From an uncultured Candidatus Rokubacteria bacterium (GTDB lineage: Bacteria > Methylomirabilota > Methylomirabilia > Rokubacteriales > CSP1-6), in NCBI GenBank assembly GCA_963754315.1, contig CAVWFS010000011.1, positions 160,001-224,000 on the forward strand: a stretch of DNA of 64,000 nucleotides, given 5' to 3'. Each line of letters opens with the position of its first letter. The stretch's first letter is position 1. A model generated the notes under the pieces. That model had not been told where the DNA came from and searched no databases. It worked only from the letters and a program-made list of their open reading frames with translations. The position numbers and the translations under genes were made by a program. Shown piece after piece: positions 43,108 to 52,050 of the stretch.

Positions 43108-43962
43108 ATGAGCCTCTCTTGGCGAGGTATGGACCGCGCCGCCCTCGATGCGGCCTATGACAACAGGGCGGCGGTGGCCGACAGCGCCGACTGGATCGAG
43201 CGCTGGACGCGGCAGACCCAGCAGCTGCGTGCCCTTCATCCCGAGCACCTCGACCTCGCGTACGGGAGCCGGCCGCGTAATCGCGTCGATCTCTACCGAT
43301 CGAGTGCTCCGGATGCTCCGCTGCTGGCCTTCATCCACGGGGGCTACTGGCAGCGCAACTCAAAGGACGTGTTCGGGTGCCTGGCCGAGGGGCCCCTCGC
43401 CAGAGGCATCGATGTGGCCATGCTGGGCTACACCCTCTGTCCGGAGGTTCGTCTCTCCGAGGTTGTGGAGGAGATCGCTGGCGCGCTGGATTGGCTCGCG
43501 CGGCACGCGCGGTCGCGCGGCTTCCCGGCCAGCCGGATCCTGGTGTCGGGTTGGTCGGCCGGCGGGCATCTCACCGCGCTCGCCATGCACCATCCTGCCG
43601 TCGCGGCCGGTGTGGCCATCAGCGGAATCTTCGACCTCGAGCCAATCCGGCTCGGCAGCCTGAACGACGCCGTCCGGCTGGACACGGCCGAGGTCGAGCG
43701 GTTGAGTCCCATTCGCCGGCTCCCGAGCGCGGCCGGCCCATTGATCGTCTCCTTCGGAGAGCGGGAGTTGCCCGAGTTACAGCGGCAGTCGCGCGAGTTC
43801 TTTACAGCCTGGCAGTCGGTGGGACTGAAGGGGCAGCTGCTGCCACTCCCCGCCCACAATCACTTCAGCATTCTCGACGAGCTCCAGCGGCCCGACGGCG
43901 CGCTTACGACTGCCGTACGTCGCCTGGTCGACACCACCGAGCAATTCACGACATCGATCTGA
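43108..43962 (+). CDS. Alpha/beta hydrolase (arylformamidase-like)
   Basis: LDAAYDNRAAV, FIHGGYW, GWSAGGHL, HNHFSIL. Confidence 0.88.
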   Translation: MSLSWRGMDRAALDAAYDNRAAVADSADWIERWTRQTQQLRALHPEHLDLAYGSRPRNRVDLYRSSAPDAPLLAFIHGGYWQRNSKDVFGCLAEGPLARGIDVAMLGYTLCPEVRLSEVVEEIAGALDWLARHARSRGFPASRILVSGWSAGGHLTALAMHHPAVAAGVAISGIFDLEPIRLGSLNDAVRLDTAEVERLSPIRRLPSAAGPLIVSFGERELPELQRQSREFFTAWQSVGLKGQLLPLPAHNHFSILDELQRPDGALTTAVRRLVDTTEQFTTSI

Positions 43963-44392
43963 CCGCCGCGACAACGCCCATGCCTTCGTCTTGTGAACAA
44001 GCTGCCGCTGGTCATCGAGGAGCGCATGCGCCGGCTGGCCGCCGGCGGGTCCAAGATCAGAGTCCCTCGGCGACGTCCGCGCCGTTCGGCTGGGCGGCTG
44101 TCCTTCGCCTAAACCACGTCCGAGTCACTCGGCGAGCGTCCGTGCTCTCTTGTGTTATGCCCAGGACGCGGGAGACTGGTGGCTCGATGCCCGGGGATCA
44201 GCAGGTTCTACCAGGCTCCGACCGGGCGCGGATCAAGCATATGCGTCGTAGCGGAGGGGCGAGGTTGGTTCCACTGTGGTTCCAACACACGCCGACTCAG
44301 GCGACATATCGAGACGTAGGCAGGCTCACAATCGTGGCAATTCTCGTGTGCTTGCTTCGTGATGCATCGCCATGCGCAGGTCGGCGGACTCG

Positions 44393-44437
44393 CTTTTAAT
44401 CAGGGGGTCGAGGGTTCGAGTCCCTCACGGCTCACCA
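44393..44437 (+). repeat. Duplicated 3' half of tRNA-Lys (attR)
   Basis: CTTTTAATCAGGGGGTCGAGGGTTCGAGTCCCTCACGGCTCACCA; no 5' half upstream. Confidence 0.9.
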
Positions 44438-44694
44438 GTAAATCAGATAGTTACCATGCATGGCCTCGTTAGTGACAGTTATGAGTCACCACCGAGTAAC
44501 CAGGCCCACGCCTGTCAGTACCCAACCACGCCCCGCACGAAGGCCCGTGCGATGAGCATGAGCGTTCTTGCCCAACTCATGCGACCGGCTCCGGCAGCCG
44601 CACCTAGTTCTGGTTTGATACGATAATGGCATCGCCGAAGTAGCCGGGCGCCGTGATGGTAACGATGACGAGTAGACAGGTCAAGGAGGACGAC

Positions 44695-44844
44695 ATGGCC
44701 AAGAAGAGCCAGAAACGCTCGAAGCAGAACAAAGCGAAGAAGGTGGCGGACCTGCCGGCGGGACCCAAGGCCAAGAACGTCAAGGGCGGCACCGAGCGCT
44801 TGAGCGAGAACGTGACGTTAAACTTCCAGAAGTACAAGTACTGA
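44695..44844 (+). CDS. 49-aa double-glycine-leader peptide with Hcp C-terminal-like core
   Basis: AAGGAGGACGAC-ATG; MAKKSQKRSKQNKAKKVADLPAGPKAKNVKGG|TERLSENVTLNFQKYKY. Confidence 0.75.
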   Translation: MAKKSQKRSKQNKAKKVADLPAGPKAKNVKGGTERLSENVTLNFQKYKY

Positions 44845-45029
44845 AGTTCCACTGGATCAAATGTGGATCGTAGACCCGCTGACTCAAGGGGGTCACATCG
44901 GGGATCGGCGCAACGGTTTATAAGCGCGGGGGAAGAGCACCTCCTCATAGGGTCCGCCCCGCTAGCTTAGGGCCGCCCTCCCGCGCCAACCGACTCCGGT
45001 AGCCGCACTCGATTCTCCGAAGTCTCGCC

Positions 45030-45628
45030 TGTCCTTCGCCAAAACCTCGTCCGACTCGTTGGCGAACTTTCGCGATTGGCCTGAGGTCCAACACGGCGAA
45101 GGTTGGTAGGAGGGGTCGACACTCGGACGTGATCGAATCGTCGGCACGGGTACCGCAGGGTCGTAAGGGGGCAGACTGTCGGCAGGACAGGGCTGGTTCG
45201 TGTTGTGATGCCTTTCCGCTTGCTGCGGGACTACGCGACCTGGCGGAAGTAGCGGTGGTGCAAGCCCCCGACTTCTGGACGCTGTACGATCTTGCCCGTC
45301 GAGGGGGGCTCGATGGGCCGGAGGCCGGGTGCGTCCTTGTCGAGCGCGAGGTGCGTGCGCGCCTCATCGTAGTAGGTGAAGTAGCGGGTCAGGATTCGGC
45401 GGAAATGACAGTCGTTCACCAAGGACGAGGACATGATTCAGATACTCGCGCCGCATCGAACCGATCAGGCGCTCGGCGAACGGATTCTGCCAGGGGCTGT
45501 GCGGTGCCGTGAGGACTTCGTCGATGCCCATGCGCTTCACACGGTGCCGAAAGTGCTGGCCGTAGACATGATCACGGTCGCGCAGGAGGTAGGCCGGTGC
45601 GGAGTCGTTCGGGAAGGCGGCCACGATC
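45030..45628 (-). mobile_element. 3' remnant of an integrase-core (rve/DDE) transposase IS with terminal repeat
   Basis: YLLRDRD...PHSPWQNPFAERLIGSMRRE / YYDEARTHLAL...GGLHHRY; end ...GAGGTTTTGGCGAAGGACA. Confidence 0.75.
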
Positions 45629-46100
45629 TGAGAAGTGGCCCGGCAAGCCGGCGGCCTTGAGGACACGGGCGAAGAGCTTCCTGACCCGGCTGTCGTCAAG
45701 CGGGGTGCCTGTGTCCGTACAGAAGACCCACGAAACCTCCGCCGAGCCGCGCCTGAGCCTCTCCGTCTTCTGTTCGATCTGGAGTCGTCGGAGCGCGGTG
45801 GCTAGCTGCTCGCTCATGTCCACCGTGCGCCCGTGGCCGGACTTGGGCGTCTCAATCCGGTTATTCTTCGCCAGCGCGCGCGCCACCGTGATCTCGTGAC
45901 CACTCCAGTTGAGATCTGTCCACTGGACGGCGCGCGCTTCGCCGAGCCGCAGCCCCGCCCGGGCCTGGAGCAGCCAGAAGGGGGCGGTGCGCCGATCGAC
46001 GCGGGGCGCCGCCGTGAGGAACGCGGACAGTTGCTCCCGTGTCATGGCTTTGATCTGCTCCTGGCGCGGAAGCTGTAGTTCTGTGTCCAGAACCGGCAGG
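45629..46100 (-). pseudogene. Internal fragment of a tyrosine integrase
   Basis: RAGLRLGEARAVQWTDL...TPKSGHGRTVDMS...LKAAGLPGHFS, cut just before HxLRH and joined to the transposase remnant. Confidence 0.78.
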
Positions 46101-46414
46101 TGACGACGCGACCGGCCATCTAACAACCGGGACGTTAGACCGCGAAGGGAGCGGTGAGCATGCCAGATGATCAAGGTCGGCCTAGCGAGGTCGTGTCCCG
46201 CTTGAGTTTTTTCCCGGCGGCGCCTATTGGCTGATGGGCCATCGCTTTCCGCGCGAGGTCCTCCGGCGTTGGACCAGCCTTACGGGGCATGGCGACGACG
46301 TTGGGCGTTGCCGCTCGCTCACTTGGTCGACTAACCGGCTTGTCCGACACATCTGGCGGGAATAGCGGGAGGGAGTCAGATGCGGCGACTCCACGCGGGC
46401 GACGCAGGTCGCCT

Positions 46415-46752
46415 TTAGCCACCCGCCGCTTCCTCCCGGTTGGCCCGCTTCAGTACGTCCAGCGCCCCCATCTGTACCGCTCGCCAGCGGAGCGGGTCCG
46501 TTCCGACACCAGCCCACGTCGAGGGCGAGTGCTGCATGGCCTCGCGGTAGAACTCGGCGCGCCAGCCGAACACCGATTGCGTTAGCTCACGTGATGGCCG
46601 GCCGCCGTCATCGCGTCGAGGACATGGCCGACGCCCGACCACGAGTCCAGCCAGCTCCTCAGCATGTGGCCCTCGGGGACGTCGGGCGGAAGGAGGGCGC
46701 CGACGAGGGCGGTGGTGAGGAGGTTGCGGCGGCTGGCGGTATCGTCGGGCAT
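46415..46752 (-). CDS. Copy 2 (most complete) of the repeated small hypothetical ORF family (one apparent indel)
   Basis: MPDDTASRRNLLTTALVGALLPPDVPEGHMLRSWLDSWSGVGHVLDAMTAAGHHV / ELTQSVFGWRAEFY...WRAVQMGAL. Confidence 0.65.
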
Positions 46753-46791
46753 GCCGACGATGGTGCCTGTCTGGCCAACAGAGCGTGCTGA

Positions 46792-47226
46792 TCACCTCTC
46801 GCAAGGGATCGGAGTCCAGTCCCTCGTCTGCCCGTCACATCGGAGGAAACGCTTGACCGGGCCGGTCCCCCCCTCGCAACGGTAAAAGCCATGAAGGGTG
46901 TCGAGATGGAAACGGACATTCATGAAGGTCACAGGGGCGCTTAAGCTGGGCGCGATGGTCAGCGCCATCTCCACCATGGACCCGTCGAAGATTGCCGCGC
47001 TGCCACTGACGGGGGAGATGAACTCGCCGACGGGAGCGTCGGTCCCCGCAACAGCGGCCGCAACGGGATTGGCGGAGTCGAGGAGGAAAAAGAGTCTGAG
47101 CGTGTAGGACGGATTCCGTAGGGCCTCCCAACAGAGGGGCCCTATCGTGCTGGCCTGCGCTGCAAGTGGAACCATCAGGACGACTAGCGCGACAAGAATT
47201 GCAAAGTTGGAGCGCGCCGATCTCAT
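46792..47226 (-). CDS. Secreted 144-aa protein, 4-Cys family, paralogue 2
   Basis: GAGGAGG RBS; signal peptide; TIGPLCW, SPVSG, GFYRC...C...WTPIPC. Confidence 0.72.
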   Translation of the reverse strand: MRSARSNFAILVALVVLMVPLAAQASTIGPLCWEALRNPSYTLRLFFLLDSANPVAAAVAGTDAPVGEFISPVSGSAAIFDGSMVEMALTIAPSLSAPVTFMNVRFHLDTLHGFYRCEGGTGPVKRFLRCDGQTRDWTPIPCER

Positions 47227-47437
47227 TGGGAGCCTCCTCGTCAGATCCTGGCGAAGCTATCCTCGCCGGTCCCGCGATGGTAGCCGAAGCGCCCCCAAAA
47301 GCGCACGTGCGGCTTCGGACATGCCTTCAGCACCTGAGGAGGTTAATCCCCCTCCCCCCGCCCCGGATCACGCTCGGTGGCGAGCTTGGAGAAGTAGGCG
47401 ACAGCGGCAGCCATCACGATGAACGTACGCCGATGCA

Positions 47438-48706
47438 TCACTGGATAATCTCGTCCGCCCGCAGTAGGAGCGCTGACGGGATAGTCAACCCGAGTGCCTT
47501 CGCTGTCTTCACATTGATCACCAGCTCGAACTTCGTGGGTCGCTCGACGGGGAGTTCCGCGGGGTTGGAGCCTTTGAGAATTCGGTCCACGTAGGTTGCG
47601 GCGCGCCGAAATAAGTCAGCGATGTTCGGCCCGTAGGACATAAGGCCCCCGGCATCGACGTAGTCCCTCCATGGGTACACTGCCGGGAGCCGGCTTTGCC
47701 GCTAGGTCCACGAGGCGTTTCCCCTCACCGGCGAACATGGCGCTTGGCGACACAGCCAGAGCCTCCGCGCGCGCCCTCGTCATGTCCGAGAAGGCTCGGT
47801 CGAAATCGACGGGTCCGCGCGCCTCAACACTATGAAGCCGCACCCCCAGCGCACGCGCCGCGACGTTTGCTCCCTTCAGCATGTCCTTTTGCGTGCGTTC
47901 GTCGGCGGCACCTGGGTGCCAGAGGTAGGCGACCCGACTGACCCCCGGAACGACCTGCTTGAGGTGTTTCAGACGCTTGCCGACGAGGTCCGAGGAAGCG
48001 AAGACGGACTACCCCGTGACGTTGCCGCCCGGCCGCGCAAGGCTGGTGACGAGCCCGCTCGAAACCGGATCGCCAGCAGCAGCGAAGACGATGGGAAGAG
48101 TCCTGGTCGCTTGCTTGGCGGCCAGGGCATGGGGTGTGGCTCCGGCCACGATGACATCAACCTCGAGCGCAACCAATTCGGCCGCGAGAGCGGCGAGCCG
48201 CTCGATCTTCCCCTCGCCATCTCGGTATTCAATGACGACGTTGCGACCTTCGATGTAACCGAGGTCACGCAGACCTTGACGGAAGGCCTCGTTCGCATGG
48301 CGGTTAGCGGCCAACTCTTGCTCACGCATCCGGGCGTCGGCCCCCTCACGGCGCTGCCGACGGTCCTCATTCTCGGGCCCGTGCGGCGGTTCCCGGACAG
48401 CAAGCACGTCGTCAGTTAATCGGCTTGGCCCCAGCCGTCAACGCCTCGGCCGACAAACAACATCTCGGCAAGATCACCAAGCAGGGCAACGCGCTCCTCC
48501 GCTGGGTGCTGGGGCAAGCAGCGCCGCTGGCCGCCCGCGCGGACGAGGATCTTCGGCGCCGCTACTTCTCGGTCCTCCATCGACGGGGTCGGCCCAAAGC
48601 GAAAGTCGCCCTCGCCCGTAAGCTTCTCGTGCGCCTCTATGTGATGCTCCGCGAGCGGTGCGCCAAGAGCAGCAGCACCACCGACGATGAAGGCCCGCCG
48701 GTCCAT
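47438..48706 (-). pseudogene. ABC substrate-binding protein gene interrupted by an IS110 fragment
   Basis: 5' MDRRAFIVGGAAALGAPLA near 48650-48706; body AFRQGLRDLGYIEGRN...ERPTKFELVINVKTAKALGLTIP. Confidence 0.8.
48312..48652 (+). mobile_element. IS110-family transposase C-terminal fragment with in-frame stop
   Basis: LLTHPGVGPLTA...RRFPDSKHVVS*IGLAP...GKITKQGNALLRWVL...AKVALARKLLVRLYVML. Confidence 0.78.
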
Positions 48707-49678
48707 CTATTCGATAACCTGATCTGCCCGCGCCAGCACCGACGGTGGGATCGTGAGGCCGAGCGCCTTCGCCGTCTTCAGGTTGATGACCAGCTCGAAC
48801 TTCGTGGGCTGCTCGACGGGCAGATCGGCGGGCTCGGCGCCCTTGAAGATCCGGTCGACATAACTCGCCGCGCGCCGGAGTTGCGCGACGGAGTCCGCCG
48901 CGTAGCTCAGGAGGCCGCCGTCATGTGTCCAAAAAGAGAATGAGTAGATTGCCGGCAACCGCGTCTTGGCCGCGAGACTAACGATCCTCGCCCGGTGACT
49001 GTTCATGAAATCAGTCGCCACAACGATGAGGGCCTCCGCACGGCCCTTGACCGCGCTGTTGAATGCGCCCTCCAACCCGTCGGGCGTGCGAACCTCGACA
49101 GACTGAAGCGCTATGCCCAGCGTGCGGGCAGCCGCTTGGGTCTCACGAAGGTGGCCGGGAGGGCCGGGGGAAGGCCAGAGAATAGCCACGCGCGACGCCT
49201 GCGGGACCACCTCCTTGAGGAGCTGGAGCCGTTTGCCGGCTAGCTCATGCCCAACGTTGACGAACCCGGTGACGTTCCCGCCAGGCCGCGCGTAGCTGGC
49301 AATCAAGCCTAATCGGACGGGGTCGTCGTCAGCGGCCCCCATGACGATCGGGATCGTGGCCGTCGCTTCCTTGGCGACTCTGGTCGCGTGTACGCCGAGG
49401 GCGAGAATGCAGTCCACGTTGAGCCGGACAATCTCAGCCGCCAGGCTAGGAAACAGTGAGGTGTTGCCTTTCGCAAAGCGCCATTCGATGACGAGGTTCT
49501 GTCCCTCGACGTATCCCAGGTCGCGCATGCCTTGACGGAAGGCCTCACCCGTGCTTTCGATCCCGAGACGCGGTGAAAGGTACCCGAGGCGATACACCTT
49601 CCCAGTCTGCTGCCCCTCCACCGCGAGCGGCGCGGCCAGGAGACCGGCAGCCGTCACGATGAAGGTTCGGCGATTCAT
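48707..49678 (-). CDS. ABC transporter substrate-binding protein (ABC_sub_bind family)
   Basis: MNRRTFIV signal; YVEGQNLVIEWR; ARPGGNVTG; EQPTKFELVINLKTAKALGLTIP. Confidence 0.9.
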   Translation of the reverse strand: MNRRTFIVTAAGLLAAPLAVEGQQTGKVYRLGYLSPRLGIESTGEAFRQGMRDLGYVEGQNLVIEWRFAKGNTSLFPSLAAEIVRLNVDCILALGVHATRVAKEATATIPIVMGAADDDPVRLGLIASYARPGGNVTGFVNVGHELAGKRLQLLKEVVPQASRVAILWPSPGPPGHLRETQAAARTLGIALQSVEVRTPDGLEGAFNSAVKGRAEALIVVATDFMNSHRARIVSLAAKTRLPAIYSFSFWTHDGGLLSYAADSVAQLRRAASYVDRIFKGAEPADLPVEQPTKFELVINLKTAKALGLTIPPSVLARADQVIE

Positions 49679-49738
49679 CACTGGATGATCCCTGAGCACG
49701 GCATGGTCAGCCCGAGCGCCTTAGCGGTGTAAGCCAGT

Positions 49739-50233
49739 TCACCGCTCCAATCGCAGGCGTGATGCGTCCTCCATGTCGCGGATGTCGTCCTTCACGCGCC
49801 GCGAGGAGAGCACGGTCCCCAGGTGTCCATTGGGGTTCACCTCAACCGGCAGCCCCTTGCCGAGCACCGTCGCGCCGAAGATCCCGGCGATGAAGGTGCT
49901 CGTCTGGACGAATCGGTCGCCGATGCGGATGAAGGCGTCATCGGCTGCGTTGCTCACGTTGGCGATGTGGATGTTGTTACTCCCCGTCGTCACATTGAAC
50001 CCGGCGTTGAGCCCGATGGCGATGTTGCTGGAGCCCGTGGTGTTGTGGTTGAGGGCGCCGCTCCCGATGGCGGTGTTTTCGGAGCCCGTGTTGACGACGA
50101 GGGCGTTGCTCCCCACGCTAGTGTTGCTGTCCCCGCATACCGCGCAGGGGGGCTGGGCGGTGGCCGGGAGCGCGAACGCAAGGCTGAGCATCAGGGCACA
50201 CACGATCGTCAGCGACACGCGAATCGATGTCAT
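49739..50233 (-). pseudogene. Short, truncated paralogue of the S74 beta-helix adhesin
   Basis: Signal peptide, 2-3 NTxxG repeats, NVTTGSNNIHI, SSRRVKDDIRDM then stop. Confidence 0.7.
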
Positions 50234-50339
50234 GAGGGCCTCCTCCTCAGGATTTGGTGGGTGTCGCGATGATAGCCGAGAGTCTCCTACAAGCCACGTG
50301 CGCCTTCTGGCGAGACTTCAGGGCCGGAGGAGGGTGTCA

Positions 50340-50449
50340 GCCATGGGAGCCAACTGCACCGCTCGCCACATGTGGCCCTCGGGGACGTGGGGCGGAAGGA
50401 GGGCGCCGACGAGGGTGGTGGTGAGGACTGCGCCGTCGGAGGCGCTCAC
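50340..50449 (-). pseudogene. Copy 3 of the repeated small ORF family, internally deleted
   Basis: LTTTLVGALLPPHVPEGHM joined directly to WRAVQL. Confidence 0.6.
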
Positions 50450-50660
50450 TGGATAATTTCATCCGCTCGGAGCAGCAGCGACGACGGGATGGTCAGGCGT
50501 AAGGCCTTTGTCGTCTTCAAATTTATCACCAAGTCGAACTTCGTGGGTTGCTCAATGGGGAGGTCGGCGGGCCGGGCGCCCTTGAGAATCTTGTCCACGT
50601 AGGATGCAGCACGACGGTGAACGTCGGCTGCGTTCGGTCCGTATGTCATGAGGCCGCGTC
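50446..50660 (-). pseudogene. C-terminal remnant of an ABC substrate-binding protein
   Basis: GLMTYGPN...[39 protein letters not shown]. Confidence 0.8.
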
Positions 50661-50795
50661 GTCGATGTACACGTGCTCGGGCTCGGTCAACAGCAGCGAT
50701 GAGGTCAACGTCGTGAGCGCATGCGCAGGGACGGTCAGGCCGAAGAGCAGGAACGCGGTGAGAACAACGGACGTGTAGAACTTCGCACGGTTCAT
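50661..50795 (-). pseudogene. Truncated 5' end of a secreted protein
   Basis: [36 protein letters not shown] signal peptide; joined to the SBP remnant. Confidence 0.5.
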
Positions 50796-51120
50796 GAGCA
50801 CCCTCCTCGGTGGTTGTGAAGTTGAACCCCAAACGGGTTCACTCCCGAGAACGATGCTGACATGAACCGATTCGCTACTGTCGAGGTATTAGGAACGAGT
50901 CGAGGAGCGGTGTTCTCGGGCTCCCCGCCGATGGTGGCAATTTCCAGCGAGCGCAGCGCGATCAACAAATCTTCCCCGATGTCTTCGAGCCTTTCAATCG
51001 CGGCTTCGTCCGGGCCAATGCTCAAATAGTGGACGGCAACGGCGCGACGATCGCGGTTGCTCCTGCCCAAGCCGTGGGTGAGTAAGGAGCGTTGATCGCG
51101 GCTGCGCAGCGAGATCGTCT

Positions 51121-51584
51121 GTCGCTGAGGCGCTCGCTGCGCAGCCCGCGCCGTCCCCGCGTCGAGGTTGCGAGATGTTCCGAACGACTGCCGATGGTCT
51201 GAGCCTAGCGCTGACTCAAGCTGTCCAGTCCTTATGGTGCACTTCGGTACTCTCACCCTTGATATCGCCGAAGTTCCTAAACGCGTTGACCGCGCCGCCC
51301 TTCACGTCTCTGCCCTTCCCGCTGGGGAGCGCTAGGTCAGACGGTCTGGTGCTCTTCTTCCCTGACTTCCTGGTCGTCGTCGTCTTCTTCTTCGGGGTCA
51401 TCGTCGTCCTCCTTCCAGGGTGTCCCACTCAACGAGGCATTTCGCATGCCGTCCCATCGGTGTGGGTCAACTCCTGATTGTGTCGATGCTTGCACGAACC
51501 GCCCGAGAAGTGGCAGCCTCAAAACGAGACCATGGTGGTCTCGAAACGCTTCCCGACACGTCGCTGAGGCGCTCGCTGCGCAGC
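51121..51584. repeat. 25-bp direct repeats flanking the second VKGG peptide gene
   Basis: GTCGCTGAGGCGCTCGCTGCGCAGC at 51121-51145 and 51560-51584. Confidence 0.85.
51216..51401 (-). CDS. 61-aa double-glycine-leader peptide with Hcp N-terminal-like core
   Basis: AAGGAGGACGACG-ATG; MTPKKKTTTTRKSGKKSTRPSDLALPSGKGRDVKGG|AVNAFRNFGDIKGESTEVHHKDWTA; sigma54-like CGGCATGCGAAATGCC at 51436-51451. Confidence 0.75.
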   Translation of the reverse strand: MTPKKKTTTTRKSGKKSTRPSDLALPSGKGRDVKGGAVNAFRNFGDIKGESTEVHHKDWTA

Positions 51585-51602
51585 GTCCCCAGAAATGAAA
51601 CT

Positions 51603-51633
51603 TAAAACGGGTGCCCGACCTTGGGCACCCGTT
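51603..51633 (-). terminator. Intrinsic terminator-like hairpin
   Basis: AACGGGTGCCC-N6-GGGCACCCGTT, ending in a short T-run on the minus strand. Confidence 0.55.
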
Positions 51634-51807
51634 CATCGTCTGAGCCGCTAGGAGCCTCTCCAGACACGTTCTCAGGTCCAGGAGCTACCCTGAACAGGGT
51701 CCAGGTCTTACGGCTCTGGCGAAGTCTCGACGCTGCCACTTCACCCGAGAAATCGACTTCCAGCCAGGAGGGGGTTCGCGACGGTGAGTACCGCTCGCGG
51801 TACCCAG

Positions 51808-52050
51808 CGCGTCGGCCAGCCCCTTGAGCGGCACGGGACCCAGCGACTTGACCTCGACGTAGCCCTCGACCAGCGCCAAGGTCTGGGGCGTGATCACGAC
51901 GGCACCGGGATCGGCGAGCTGCTCCATCCGGGCGGCCAGGTGCGTGGTCTGGCCCACGGCCGTGTCGTCCATGTGCAAATCGGAGCCGATGGTTCGGACG
52001 ACGACTTCGCCCGAGTTCAGGCCCACCCGGATGCGGACGGTGTCGCCGTG
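51808..52050 (-). pseudogene. Class III adenylate/guanylate cyclase domain fragment
   Basis: IRVGLNSGEVVVRTIGSDLHMDDTAVGQTTHLAARMEQLA...LGPVPLKG. Confidence 0.8.

Larger units (their letters stand above)
38449..44437. mobile_element. Integrative element in tRNA-Lys (attL in the tRNA, attR = duplicated 3' half)
   Basis: CTTTTAATCAGGGGGTC...GGTTCGAGTCCC..ACGGCTCACCA repeated at 44393-44437; integrase and HTH gene adjacent to the tRNA. Confidence 0.8.

Noticed and set aside
44340..44437. Second complete tRNA-Lys
   Set aside because: No acceptor 5' strand or D-arm; only the 3' half is present (att site).
44438..51800. A T6SS cluster or complete bacteriocin/RiPP cluster around the VKGG peptides
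   Set aside because: No tssB/C, vgrG, full-length hcp, C39-peptidase transporter or modifying enzyme is visible in the window.
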